In this document: piece after piece, positions 15,599-26,200 of the stretch
Position numbering within the stretch: the first letter of the stretch is position 1
How the letters are laid out: each line of letters begins with the position of its first letter
Source of the DNA: Spirochaetota bacterium
GTDB taxonomy: Bacteria > Spirochaetota > UBA4802 > UBA5550
Direction: 5' to 3'
Length of the DNA: 26,654 bases
Assembly: GCA_050298055.1 (NCBI GenBank)
Contig: JBNKTL010000054.1
Span: 5,962 to 32,615, forward strand
Made by a program: the position numbers and the translations under genes
Notes under the pieces: generated by a model
Seen by the model: only the letters and a program-made list of their open reading frames with translations
Database searches by the model: none
Told to the model about the DNA's origin: nothing

Positions 15599-16119
15599 TA
15601 ATCAGGATATTATTCTTCATGTTTTTGATATTTACGTCCTGTTCAACCATGGATTTGTATATAAAGGAAAACGCATTGTTAAATAAACCGGGCAAAATAC
15701 TCATAGGGTATTTTGAAAAAAGGAGCATAGAATATGAGCCATACATTGAAATGAATTTCAGGGATGCACTGAGGTTCCAGTTTTTTCAGCTTGGTTATAA
15801 TTCTATTGTAGTAAAACTTGACGGAAAAGATAATGAGAAAAATGATTTTGGCAAGCGCAATCTCAAAGGTGAAGAGATAAAAAAGATCATAAACAGTTAT
15901 AGTGGTGATATTTATATTCAAGGTGCGATATCGGAAAGGGACGTTGGTGATATTGCAGATAACAAAACCAGCACTTCTGTAATATTTCTTATCTACGACA
16001 AAAATGGGGAAAAGATTGGGGAAGCCCTTTATCTGGCAAGTGAAACAATGGTTGATGCAAGTATTCAGAAAGAAATTTCCAGCAAGTTTGCCGAGAACTT
16101 GCATAATCAGTTTAAATAA
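15595..16119 (+). CDS. Hypothetical lipoprotein (alpha/beta, possibly CsgG/LpoB-like fold)
   Basis: Lipobox FTSC (Cys16). ATGA overlap with the TPR gene. Strong AGGAGGT RBS. Confidence 0.75.
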   Translation: MIIRILFFMFLIFTSCSTMDLYIKENALLNKPGKILIGYFEKRSIEYEPYIEMNFRDALRFQFFQLGYNSIVVKLDGKDNEKNDFGKRNLKGEEIKKIINSYSGDIYIQGAISERDVGDIADNKTSTSVIFLIYDKNGEKIGEALYLASETMVDASIQKEISSKFAENLHNQFK

Positions 16120-16173
16120 GTCCGGATTATTTTTATTCATAAAGTAATAATCAGTTCTGATAAATGCAGAATA

Positions 16174-17643
16174 ATGGCTGAATTTTATCATATAAGAAAA
16201 TTATTTTCTGTGCAGGCTATACTTATTCTGTTGACGCTGAACCTCTATGCTGACAATAAAAAAAACGGTCCGAAGAGAAGTCCCGGCGGATATGCTTCGC
16301 TAGAAATCCTCCAACTTAATCTGGAAAACTCGCTGGGCATAGCTATCAATAACAACTTTCAACTGAAGGCCATTAAAGCGAGAAGTAAGGTATATGACTT
16401 ATCTATTATTGAAAGCTGGAGGGAGTATTTCCCGACCTTGAGCCTCTCTTATATGAAAACTGAAGATATTCGTAAAAGGGAATCAGATACCCGTCAGCAC
16501 AAGTTTTCAGCAGATACCGAGTTTGTAGTTTTTGACGGCGGGAAGCGAAGTTTAAACTATGATATTACAAAGCTCAAGGCAATCCTTGCCAGGAATGATT
16601 ACAGGATTGTACTTAATCAGCTGATAAGGGAAATAAACAAGGTCTATCTCCAGACACTTCAGAAAAAAGATGTAATTGATATCTATAAAATGACCCTGGA
16701 AAAGGGGCAGATGCAACTCAGATTTATTAAAAAGGAGTACAGCCTCGGTGAAGCAACAAAGCTTAATGTCCTTGAGATTGAGGCAAAAGTAAAAGAGATA
16801 GAGCTGAGTTATGAACAGGCAAAGGATGATTACAGTACGGCTCTCAACAACTTTAAACTTCTCCTGAAGCTGGACTGGAGGCAGCCAATTGAACTTGTCG
16901 GGAGCATTGAGAAAGATGTGGAATTGCTGCCCATTGAAAATATTGATATTGAGGAATATATAGCAATTGCGATTAAAAAGAGAAAGGAGATCGAGAGCAG
17001 CGAGGTTGAGCTGGCAATAAACAGAAAATCTTATACCTTTAACAGGCTTTACTATTTCCCAAAGTTTTCTCTGGGACTTAACTACTCACTTACCGATGAG
17101 CAGTTTATACCCAGGGAAAAGGGGTGGGGAATAAACTTCAAAGTCACATCGGCGCTGTTCGGGAATACCGGGTCATACAATACAGGTTATAATGAAAGCG
17201 AGAACAGGAACACCAGGACTTTCTCCGATAGCGGTTCCGTGAATGTTCTCGATGATATGGGATACAAGAGAAGGATCGTAGAAAGTAAAATTGAGCTGAA
17301 TTCCGCGGCAGAAAATGTAAAGGACGTAAAACAGCAGATTTCACTGGAAATACTTAACTCCTATTCGGCTCTTAAGAATTCATGGAAGATGATTCATATT
17401 GCAAGACAGCAGCTGGAACTCTATGATACCCTTCTGAAGATAGAACGTCTCAAGGCAAACATGGGGGAATCGCGAAGGTATGACCTCATGGAAAAGGAGA
17501 TAGAGAGGGGAGAGGCGGCTATCGATTACCTCGGCTCAAAAGTAAAAAATCTTATGGCGATTCTTGCGCTGGAAACAGCCATGGGCGTCGATGCAGGTTA
17601 TCTTAAGCTCTATAAGATGAAATTTAGAAATGGACTAAAGTAA
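16174..17643 (+). CDS. TolC-family outer-membrane efflux channel
   Basis: Signal peptide and two OEP repeats: A..NNFQL, YFPTLSLS, VFDGG, GEAT.LNVLE and YFPKFSLG, Y..L, GES.RYDL. Confidence 0.9.
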   Translation: MAEFYHIRKLFSVQAILILLTLNLYADNKKNGPKRSPGGYASLEILQLNLENSLGIAINNNFQLKAIKARSKVYDLSIIESWREYFPTLSLSYMKTEDIRKRESDTRQHKFSADTEFVVFDGGKRSLNYDITKLKAILARNDYRIVLNQLIREINKVYLQTLQKKDVIDIYKMTLEKGQMQLRFIKKEYSLGEATKLNVLEIEAKVKEIELSYEQAKDDYSTALNNFKLLLKLDWRQPIELVGSIEKDVELLPIENIDIEEYIAIAIKKRKEIESSEVELAINRKSYTFNRLYYFPKFSLGLNYSLTDEQFIPREKGWGINFKVTSALFGNTGSYNTGYNESENRNTRTFSDSGSVNVLDDMGYKRRIVESKIELNSAAENVKDVKQQISLEILNSYSALKNSWKMIHIARQQLELYDTLLKIERLKANMGESRRYDLMEKEIERGEAAIDYLGSKVKNLMAILALETAMGVDAGYLKLYKMKFRNGLK

Positions 17644-17717
17644 CTTCTCTACTATGTATAATTTTAGCCGTTTGACTGATCGGTTGCGGATCTGAATATT
17701 TTTTAAGGAATGTTTAT

Positions 17718-18005
17718 GTGAAAGTTGTAAAGCGGGAAAAAGAAGATGGATCGGCCCTTATATTTATTAAGGGTGATTTAACAATTCAATATGTGAGAAA
17801 GCTGAAGGATTTCATAACGGGATTGTTTGGGAAGTACAATGCCCTGGAGATTGATCTTTCGGAAACCGGGAGACTTGACAGTTCCGGGTTACAGTTGTTG
17901 TTGTATTTTAAAGCTGATAAAAAACTCTATGGGAAAAAACTCATAATCGTTAATCCGTCGGTAGAAGTAAAAAACACTTTCATTAAATTTGGTGAATATT
18001 TTTAA
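17718..18005 (+). CDS. STAS domain protein (anti-sigma-factor antagonist-like)
   Basis: IKGDLTI, EIDLSE..RLDSSGLQLL with the conserved phosphorylatable Ser, LIIVNPS. GTG start behind AAGGA. Confidence 0.85.
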   Translation: MKVVKREKEDGSALIFIKGDLTIQYVRKLKDFITGLFGKYNALEIDLSETGRLDSSGLQLLLYFKADKKLYGKKLIIVNPSVEVKNTFIKFGEYF

Positions 18006-18018
18006 TAAGAGAATTAAG

Positions 18019-20091
18019 ATGAATTTTAAAGAAAAAGTCATAACATATATAAAGAAAGGGAAAGCGGTTATTAACAGGTTAACGGAACTGTTCCATGGAT
18101 TAATTAAAGAAATAACTAAAAGAAAGAGTAATCAGAAAAAACGTAATGGAGAAAACTTCAGGAAAAATCTGGCAGTACAGAACGACTGCTGGCACATTTC
18201 GCTGAGGTTTCCCGAAACTTCTTTTCTCGATGGCCTGGATCTTGCCGGTTTCATTGACAGAATCGGCACACTTGGTGAGTTGCGTTCTGTAAAAACACTC
18301 TTCAATGACCTTTCACTTGAACAGATGAATCCGGAACACTGTTATCTTGGCATCGAGTTGGACCTCTTGAGCAGTTCATCCCTTAACGTAATTGAAAACA
18401 TTTTAAAATCTTCGGAACATGAATGTATCTATCGGATATTAAGTCCCAATAGCGGCTTTTCTGAATACCATGCGATGTTTGATCAATTGCCGGAGGATTC
18501 ATACCGGATGGGTAATCTCCTTGTGGAGATGGGTTCTCTTACGAAGCCGGAATTGGAGGCAATCCGCGGTTTTCATTCTGATGCCGATGTTACGGTTCCT
18601 GAATATGAAGCAGGGGATGAAAGAGCCGGGAAATTCAATATTCCGGCAATAAACAGTTTATTGAGAAACAGGTATTTTGTGAAAGGAGTAATGATTGTGC
18701 TTCTTTTGGTGATTATAACCTCTCTTGCGGTAAAATCCGGCCTTTTTCGTAGTCACGATGACGAAAAAAGCCAGGAAAGGAGTCGTGAAGAAAAGATGGC
18801 TGATGATCCCGCAATCCAGACTTACCGGGTTGTCAATAAAAACGTATCCGATGATATCAAAACTCTCGGGCAGATTGTTTTCTATGAAAAAATTAATATT
18901 TCTTCAAAGGTGAATGGGAGGTTAAGCAGTGTTAACGTCCAGGAGGGGAAAAGAATAAGGAAGGGACAGTTGCTGGCGGAGGTGGAAAGACTTCCCCTTA
19001 AGATAACTCTTGCCCAGCAGAGATCCGAACTGGAAATATCACGCAAGGCCTTTGAACTGACAAGAGCAAAATATGAAAATGCTTTAAAATCAATTGAGAT
19101 CAAGTTAAAGACAATAAGAAAAGCAAAAGCGGACCTCAATGACAAAAAAGTCAGCTATGAGAATATGGACAGGATTTTGCAGAATAAGATGGTACTCTTC
19201 AAAGAAGGAGGCGTAAGCGAAAGTGAAATAAAGACCTTGAAGGCTCAGCATACGACGTCTTTTACCAAGTACCAGCTGGCAAAGTCCGATTATGAAATCC
19301 AGCAGGTAGGATACAGGGACGAGGATATCCAGGCGGAGGGATACGCCGTTCCCCGGTCTGAGGCCGGAAAACTTAAACTCATAAAGAAGATCAATACGAA
19401 AATTGAGAGGGCTGAACTTGAATCTGCAAGATCAAGGATCAGGCAGGCAGAGAATAATATCAGGTCGACAAAAATTATGATCCAGGAGACCTATATAAAG
19501 TCGCCCATAAACGGTGTTGTTGCCGCAAAGAGTATGGAAGCGGGAGAGATGATTAAGGCCGATTCTGTCATCGCTGTTATCATGAATATCTCAAAGGTCT
19601 TTATTGCCATGAATATCAATGAAAAGGACATAAGGAGCGTAAAACTTGGCCAGAATGTCGAGTTTACGGTTGATGCCCTGGGTGACAGGAACTTTAAAGG
19701 TGTCATTTCGAGGATAACCCCCGTTCTCGATATCAAGACAAGGACTATTGAGGTTAAGGCCGATGTCGGTAATGACAGTGAAGTCCTTAAGCCGGGTATG
19801 TTTGCCCGGGCAGTCATCAGGTCGGGAAATACAAGCAGGAAGCTGATGGTCCCGGTATCGGCGCTGATAAAAAAGGAAGGAAATGAAAGTAATGTGTATA
19901 TTGTCAAGAAGGGACTGGTTTTTAAACAAAAAATTATGTTTGGAGAAGAGCATAACGATGAAATCGAAGTTCTCAAAGGCCTTAATGAAAACGATGTAAT
20001 TATTTCAGCCGGTCTTAACCTGGTTTATCCCGGACTCAAAATAAAACCCGGGAAAAAAGGAAAAAGTGAAATTGTGAATTCGGCGAAATGA
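18019..20091 (+). CDS. RND efflux periplasmic adaptor (MFP) with a ~220-aa cytoplasmic N-terminal extension resembling a CheA internal domain
   Basis: ATG 18019 preferred over TTG 17989. TM helix at ORF aa 230-248. Lipoyl halves ISSKVNGRL..VNVQEGKRIRKGQLLA and IKSPINGVV. TRTIEVKA, LKPGMFA, GLNEND.I. Confidence 0.9.
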   Translation: MNFKEKVITYIKKGKAVINRLTELFHGLIKEITKRKSNQKKRNGENFRKNLAVQNDCWHISLRFPETSFLDGLDLAGFIDRIGTLGELRSVKTLFNDLSLEQMNPEHCYLGIELDLLSSSSLNVIENILKSSEHECIYRILSPNSGFSEYHAMFDQLPEDSYRMGNLLVEMGSLTKPELEAIRGFHSDADVTVPEYEAGDERAGKFNIPAINSLLRNRYFVKGVMIVLLLVIITSLAVKSGLFRSHDDEKSQERSREEKMADDPAIQTYRVVNKNVSDDIKTLGQIVFYEKINISSKVNGRLSSVNVQEGKRIRKGQLLAEVERLPLKITLAQQRSELEISRKAFELTRAKYENALKSIEIKLKTIRKAKADLNDKKVSYENMDRILQNKMVLFKEGGVSESEIKTLKAQHTTSFTKYQLAKSDYEIQQVGYRDEDIQAEGYAVPRSEAGKLKLIKKINTKIERAELESARSRIRQAENNIRSTKIMIQETYIKSPINGVVAAKSMEAGEMIKADSVIAVIMNISKVFIAMNINEKDIRSVKLGQNVEFTVDALGDRNFKGVISRITPVLDIKTRTIEVKADVGNDSEVLKPGMFARAVIRSGNTSRKLMVPVSALIKKEGNESNVYIVKKGLVFKQKIMFGEEHNDEIEVLKGLNENDVIISAGLNLVYPGLKIKPGKKGKSEIVNSAK

Positions 20092-23000
20092 TAGAAAAAC
20101 TTGTAAAAAGAAAAGTCACAACGACTATGATATTTCTCGGGATCTGCCTGCTGGGAATTATTTCCGCAGACAGGCTCTCTGTCCAGCTGCTTCCGAACAT
20201 AGAATTTCCCAAACTGACGGTTATAACATCATATGAGAACGCGGCGCCTTCGGAGATTGAGAAGCTCGTCACAAGAAATATCGAAGAGGCTGTGGGTTCC
20301 GTTAACGGTGTCATCTCCGTTTATTCCGAGTCCCTTGAAGGACTCAGCCTGGTCACTGCCCGTTTCGAATGGGAGACCGATATGGATATGGCACTTGTTG
20401 AGACAAAAGAAAAAGTCGATATGATAAAAGGACAGCTCCCCCAGGACACTGAAAAGTCCATAGTCGTGAAGTTTGATCCCAAAGAGTCTCCCATAATGAT
20501 CTATTCGATTATTAACAAAACGGGCGAATTCAAGCAAACGCGCAAAAGGGCTGAAAAGGAGATCCAGCCATATATTGAGAGAATAGAAGGTGTGGCAATT
20601 GCCGATATAACCGGGGGATGGAAGAGGCAGATAAATGTTGAGCTTGATGTCTCTAAAATCTTTTCACACAACCTCTCTCTCCCTGAGGTGATGGAAAGTA
20701 TTAATATGTCCAACTACAATTTCCCTGCCGGTAGCATTGAAAAAGGGAATATGGAGTATCTCGTCAGGACAATCGGTGAGTTTAAAAATATTACTGAACT
20801 TAACAGCGTTGTGGTTGGAAGGAGCGATAGCGGTATCCCCATATATCTTGGAAATATATCCAGCATCAGCGATTCTTATAAGGACAGGAAGTCCATTATT
20901 CGATTTAACGGCAAAGAGTCAGTTGCCCTTCTGATAAGGAAGGAACCGGGTAAAAACACGGTAGATGTTTGCAGAAAAGTTGATGAAGAGATAAATACTT
21001 TCAAAGATAAGTACAGGAACGATTTTCAGATTACAAAGATATACGACCAGTCGGAATTTATTAAAAGCTCTATCAACAACGTATTTAATTCGGCTATTCT
21101 CGGGGGGATAATTGCGATTTTTGTCCTGCTCTTCTTTTTAAAAGAAATACGTTCACCCGTTATTATAGCTACAACGATCCCTATATCGATTATCGGCACC
21201 TTTGCCCTCATGTATTTTAAGGGCATAACACTCAATACCATGTCTCTGGGAGGACTGGCTCTTGCAGTGGGGATGATGGTTGATGCGGGTATTGTCGTTC
21301 TCGAATCAATATCGGGAAAGATCAAAGATCCCGGGAGCTCCGGAATCGTAAAAGCCGTGACTGAAGGTACAAATGAAGTGTTCGGTGCCGTTGTATCTTC
21401 AATTCTGACTTCGATCGTTGTTTTCCTTCCCATTGTTTTCCTTTCGGGGCTGAGCGGTGCGATATTTGGCGAGCTTGCTCTGACAATATCTTTTGCCCTT
21501 ATTTTTTCTCTTATAACGTCGGTAACGCTCATACCAATGCTCTCCACCCTTGGTACGGGAGTTTTCAGGGAGATACCCGGTGTTTTTAAAATCGTAGTTT
21601 TTATAAAAAACAGGATCTTTGATTTCTCCGATATCTTTATGGAAAAAGCTGAAAACCTTTACCGGAAATTAATCAGAATCTCCCTTGGAAGGAGAAAAAT
21701 CGTTATTCTCATGGGCTCCGCTCTCCTTGTTATCGGGGCATTCATGTTTACTCTGCTCCCCACCGAACTTCTTCCTAAAGTTGATCCCGGGATTTTCACT
21801 ATTGATATTGAAGCCCCGAGAGGCACACCGCTTGCCGAGAGTTCAATGATCAGCATGAGGATTGAAAAGCACCTCATGTCGAAACCGTATATAAAGCAGA
21901 TATTTTCCAAGATCGGTTCGGATCCCGATGAAAATATTACTGAAAAAACATCGGGCCGAAGCACCAACAATATCCTTATACAGGTTCTCCTGAAGAAAAA
22001 AAGGGATATGAGTATAAGCGAGATAGTCAGTTTATTAAAAAAAGAGATCAGGCTGGGAGAGAATGTAAATATTGACTACATAATCAAGGAAAATGTTATC
22101 GCGTCGATAATATCCAATCGCATGAAACCTCTCCACATTGAAGTATACGGCAGGGACCTGGATGAGCTCAAGGTTATCGGCAGCGAGATAAAGACGAAAA
22201 TATCGGCAATAAAAGGCATTAAGAATGTGGGTTCGCTCTTTGATAAACTCGATCCCGAACTCAAGGTAGATATTGACAGAAATAAACTGGCGTCCCTGGG
22301 AATAAATATTGCTGACGTTGCGTCAACCATTAAGGCCGCGATTTATGGAGAAGTGGTGACAAAGTTCAGGGACAGGGATGACGAAGTGGATATCAGGGTG
22401 AGGCTTCGAAGAGATGACAGGACAGGCAAAGAGTCTTTGAATAATATTCTCGTTAAAACAGGCGATGGGAACAGTGTCCCCATCGGGAAATTCTCCCTGA
22501 TCCATGAAGGCTACGGATCGAGTAAAATATTACGAAATGAACAGAGCAGGATCAATATTATAACCGCTAACTTTGCCGGAGACGGCGACGGCATAATCGG
22601 GAGAGTAAATAAAATTCTCTCCGGCTTAAAACTAAAAGACGGGTATGAATATAAAATTGTGGGAGAAAAGGACGAGATAATGAAAACATTCAGAAATATG
22701 AGGTTTGCCTTTATCCTGGCGGTTGTCCTTATCTATATGCTCCTTGCATCGCAGTTTCAATCCTTTATTAATCCCCTTATCATAATGCTGAGTATCCCTG
22801 TTGCGTCTTTCGGGATTTCAGGTTCGCTGGCCATAACCGGTAAAAGCCTGAATATAAATTCGGGAATGGGAATCATCATGCTGGCCGGTGTTGTGGTCAA
22901 CAATGCCATTGTCCTTTTTGATTTTATCGAAAAGGAGAGGCTGGAGGGGAAGAACCTTATGGATGCCATCGTTGAGGCGGGGAACAGGCGGCTGAAACCG

Positions 23001-23213
23001 ATACTTATGACAACTTTTACGACAATTTTCGCTCTCCTTCCGATTTCTCTCGGGATCGGTGAAGGGGCGGAACTTCAACAGCCAATGGCAATTGCCGTAA
23101 TCGGGGGGCTTACCGTTTCAACCCTCTTAACTCTCGTATTTATCCCCACTGTCTATTCGATGATCAATAAGGACAACAAAGATTACGATAATGATTCGGC
23201 TATTGTGACTTGA
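20088..23213 (+). CDS. RND transporter permease subunit 1 (AcrB/AcrD/AcrF family)
   Basis: 1041 aa. LPNIEFP, APSEIEKLVT, TM4 GMMVDAGIVVLE, TM10 GVVVNNAIVLFD, RLKPILMTT, PMAIAVIGGL. ATGA overlap with the MFP gene. Confidence 0.95.
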   Translation: MIEKLVKRKVTTTMIFLGICLLGIISADRLSVQLLPNIEFPKLTVITSYENAAPSEIEKLVTRNIEEAVGSVNGVISVYSESLEGLSLVTARFEWETDMDMALVETKEKVDMIKGQLPQDTEKSIVVKFDPKESPIMIYSIINKTGEFKQTRKRAEKEIQPYIERIEGVAIADITGGWKRQINVELDVSKIFSHNLSLPEVMESINMSNYNFPAGSIEKGNMEYLVRTIGEFKNITELNSVVVGRSDSGIPIYLGNISSISDSYKDRKSIIRFNGKESVALLIRKEPGKNTVDVCRKVDEEINTFKDKYRNDFQITKIYDQSEFIKSSINNVFNSAILGGIIAIFVLLFFLKEIRSPVIIATTIPISIIGTFALMYFKGITLNTMSLGGLALAVGMMVDAGIVVLESISGKIKDPGSSGIVKAVTEGTNEVFGAVVSSILTSIVVFLPIVFLSGLSGAIFGELALTISFALIFSLITSVTLIPMLSTLGTGVFREIPGVFKIVVFIKNRIFDFSDIFMEKAENLYRKLIRISLGRRKIVILMGSALLVIGAFMFTLLPTELLPKVDPGIFTIDIEAPRGTPLAESSMISMRIEKHLMSKPYIKQIFSKIGSDPDENITEKTSGRSTNNILIQVLLKKKRDMSISEIVSLLKKEIRLGENVNIDYIIKENVIASIISNRMKPLHIEVYGRDLDELKVIGSEIKTKISAIKGIKNVGSLFDKLDPELKVDIDRNKLASLGINIADVASTIKAAIYGEVVTKFRDRDDEVDIRVRLRRDDRTGKESLNNILVKTGDGNSVPIGKFSLIHEGYGSSKILRNEQSRINIITANFAGDGDGIIGRVNKILSGLKLKDGYEYKIVGEKDEIMKTFRNMRFAFILAVVLIYMLLASQFQSFINPLIIMLSIPVASFGISGSLAITGKSLNINSGMGIIMLAGVVVNNAIVLFDFIEKERLEGKNLMDAIVEAGNRRLKPILMTTFTTIFALLPISLGIGEGAELQQPMAIAVIGGLTVSTLLTLVFIPTVYSMINKDNKDYDNDSAIVT

Positions 23214-23214
23214 C

Positions 23215-26200
23215 ATGAAGTATTTTATAAAAAACCATATAAGCGCATTCATGCTCTTTCTCGGTTTGTTGATTTTCGGGCTGATCGGTCTCAGCAGGCT
23301 GACCGTATCCCTTATGCCTCAATCCAGTTATCCCGCCATATCGGTCATTATCGAGTATCCGGGTATAGCACCGGAAAAAATTGAGACCATAATAACAAAG
23401 CCAGTTGAGAAGATAATCAAAACCGTGTCCGGTATTGAAAAGGTCAACTCAATATCCGAGGAGGGTAAATCCCGGATTAACATCAGCTTTGAGATCGATG
23501 CGGACATTAAGATTTCCGCCCTGAAAGTCCGTGAGAAGATAGGGTTGATACGGCCGTATTTTCCCGATGAAGTTCAGGAGCCGGTGGTGGTAAGATATGA
23601 TCCCACGGACAGGCCCGTAATAATTGCTACCGTGGAAAGCGAGGGAAAATCACCTGAAGAAACCAGGGAAATTGTTGAGAGAAAAATCAAGCCGAAGCTC
23701 CAGAGGATAGAGGGGGTCTCGGAGATAAATATTGCCGGGGGGCTTCAGAGAGAGATACATATAAACGTTGACAGCGGCAAACTCTTTGCCCGCGATATAT
23801 CTTTTCGAGATATATCACCCTTAATCCAGAAAAGCAATATCTCCCTTCCCGGCGGCATTGTCCGTTCAAATAACAGGGATTACATCGTCTATACCTCGTG
23901 CAGGTACAGGAGCCTGGATGAGATATCCGGCACTGTTATCATGAAAGCATCCAGGGGATCGCTGATTAATATTAATGATATTGCAAAAGTTAAAAATTCA
24001 TACAGGGACAAGGAGGATATTGCCCGGCTTAACGGCAGGGAGAGGATTACCCTCTATATCCACAAAGCGGGTGACGCCAACACCCTTGATGTATGCAATA
24101 AGGCCGCGGATTTACTGTCAAAAAACAAGTATGCTGATTCCACACTGGTTTATAACCAGGGTGAATATATCCAGGCATCCATAAACAATGTTGTCAGCTC
24201 GGGGATCTGGGGTGTGGTTATCGTCATTCTGGTCCTTTCCCTTTTTATCAAAAGAATTGGCATTTCATTTACAATCGGGTTTTCCATGCCGGTTACCCTG
24301 GTTATTGTTTTTGCCTTTATGTATTTTTTCGGTTTAAGCATCAATATCATGAGCCTGAGCGGTCTGGCCCTGGGTGCCGGTATGATCGTTGATAACGGAA
24401 TTGTCATCGCGGAATCCGTTTACAGTGGGGAGGAAATAGATGATACCGGTATCTATGAAAGAGTATCGTCCGTCAGGAACGCGATCATCTCTTCCACACT
24501 GACGACAATCGTCGTTTTTTTCCCCATTGTCTTCAGTAACGCGGAAGCGAAAAGGACATATACCGACCTTGCGTTTACGGTGTCTTCCGCGCTGCTTATA
24601 TCGCTTCTCACGGCGGTTGTCCTGATCCCTTCGGTTTTTTCCGCCCTTGAGAAATATAATACCCGCAAGAGATCATTTAAATTACCCGGATTCCTCAATG
24701 AATTGAAAAAATTCTATAGATTTCTTAAAAACCGGGTGGAGGAGGGTGAAGAATATCTCCTGGAGAAATACAGGGGCCTTCTTGACTATTCGTTTAGTAA
24801 TACCGGGAAAGTCATTTCTGTTGTTCTTGTCATGTCATTTGTATCCCTGGCAATCTACACGCTTATAAAAAAGGAATATGTGGACCCTTCGGGCAGAAAG
24901 GAATTTTATGTCTATCTTGAATTCCCCACGGGCACATCCCTGAACTATACAAATGCAGCCGTAAAGGAGGCTGAAAAGTATATCAGGTCGCTTGATGTAT
25001 CGGAGAAGCTCTCGACAAAAGTTGAAAAATGGAGGGGCACCCTTTCAATAGAATTAAAGGACAGGTTTTCTTCAGCTGATGAACAGCTTGAGATTAAAGG
25101 GAAGATCAAAAAAAACGTTAACAGACTTTTAAAACAGTATAACGGTTTTGTTTTTATAACCGAGGCGGATGAAGTTTCGGCGAAGGAGCTCAATATTGTT
25201 TTCATTGGAAATGACAATAGCCGGCTGCAGAAACTTGCCAGGAATGCCGCGGGACAGATTGCGAAGATTCCTTCTATTACCGATTGTGTTCTCAGGTTCA
25301 GGGAGGGAAGGCCGGAATACAGGATCTATGTTCAGAGGGACAAGGCGTCCCTTTCGATGATAACGCCGGCAATACTGACCGACTTTTTCAGGAGCGCGGT
25401 TTTTGGCCCTGTTGTTACAAAGTATATCGATAATGACAGGGAAGTGGACGTCAGGATGAGGTTTAACAGGGACCAGCGTGATTCTATTGATAAGATATTA
25501 AACTACCAGGTCAGGAACCTTAATGGAGTTACAATTCCGGTGAAAGAAGTTGTGAATATAAGGGAAGAAGCGGGACCCACAAAGATCTGGAGACAGAACG
25601 GCCGTCGAAGCGTGACGATTACCGCGAAAATCGGAAGCCTTACCTATGATGAAGCCTCGCGGCATATTACTCAGGCACTGAAAAAAGTGAAATTTCCCGC
25701 AGAGTATACTTATGAATTCGGTGAAAACCTGAAGAAGATAAAGAAGAACCGAAAAGGTATGATGATAGCCATAGGACTGGCCATTGTACTTGTCTATATG
25801 GTCCTGGCATCACTGTTTGAATCCATAAGGCTGCCTTTTATTATCATGACAACAGTCCCTCTTGCCCTGATCGGCGTGATCTTTACACTGTTTATAACAT
25901 CGTCATCAATAAATATTTCAGTCTATATCGGTCTCATTGTGCTGGCGGGAATTGTTGTTAATAACGGCATCATACTTGTGAATTCAATAAATAACGGCTA
26001 CAGGTTAAATGAGATGAATGGGGAGAATATCGATATCTATATAAAAAATATATGCTATAAAAGATTCAGGCCGGTACTCATTACCACCCTGACCACTATT
26101 CTGGGTTTGTTTCCCATGCTGATTAAAAGCGGTGAAGGAAGTAATCTCTGGCGGCCCCTTTCTTTAACAGTCATAAGCGGGCTCCTGTTTTCAACTCTCC

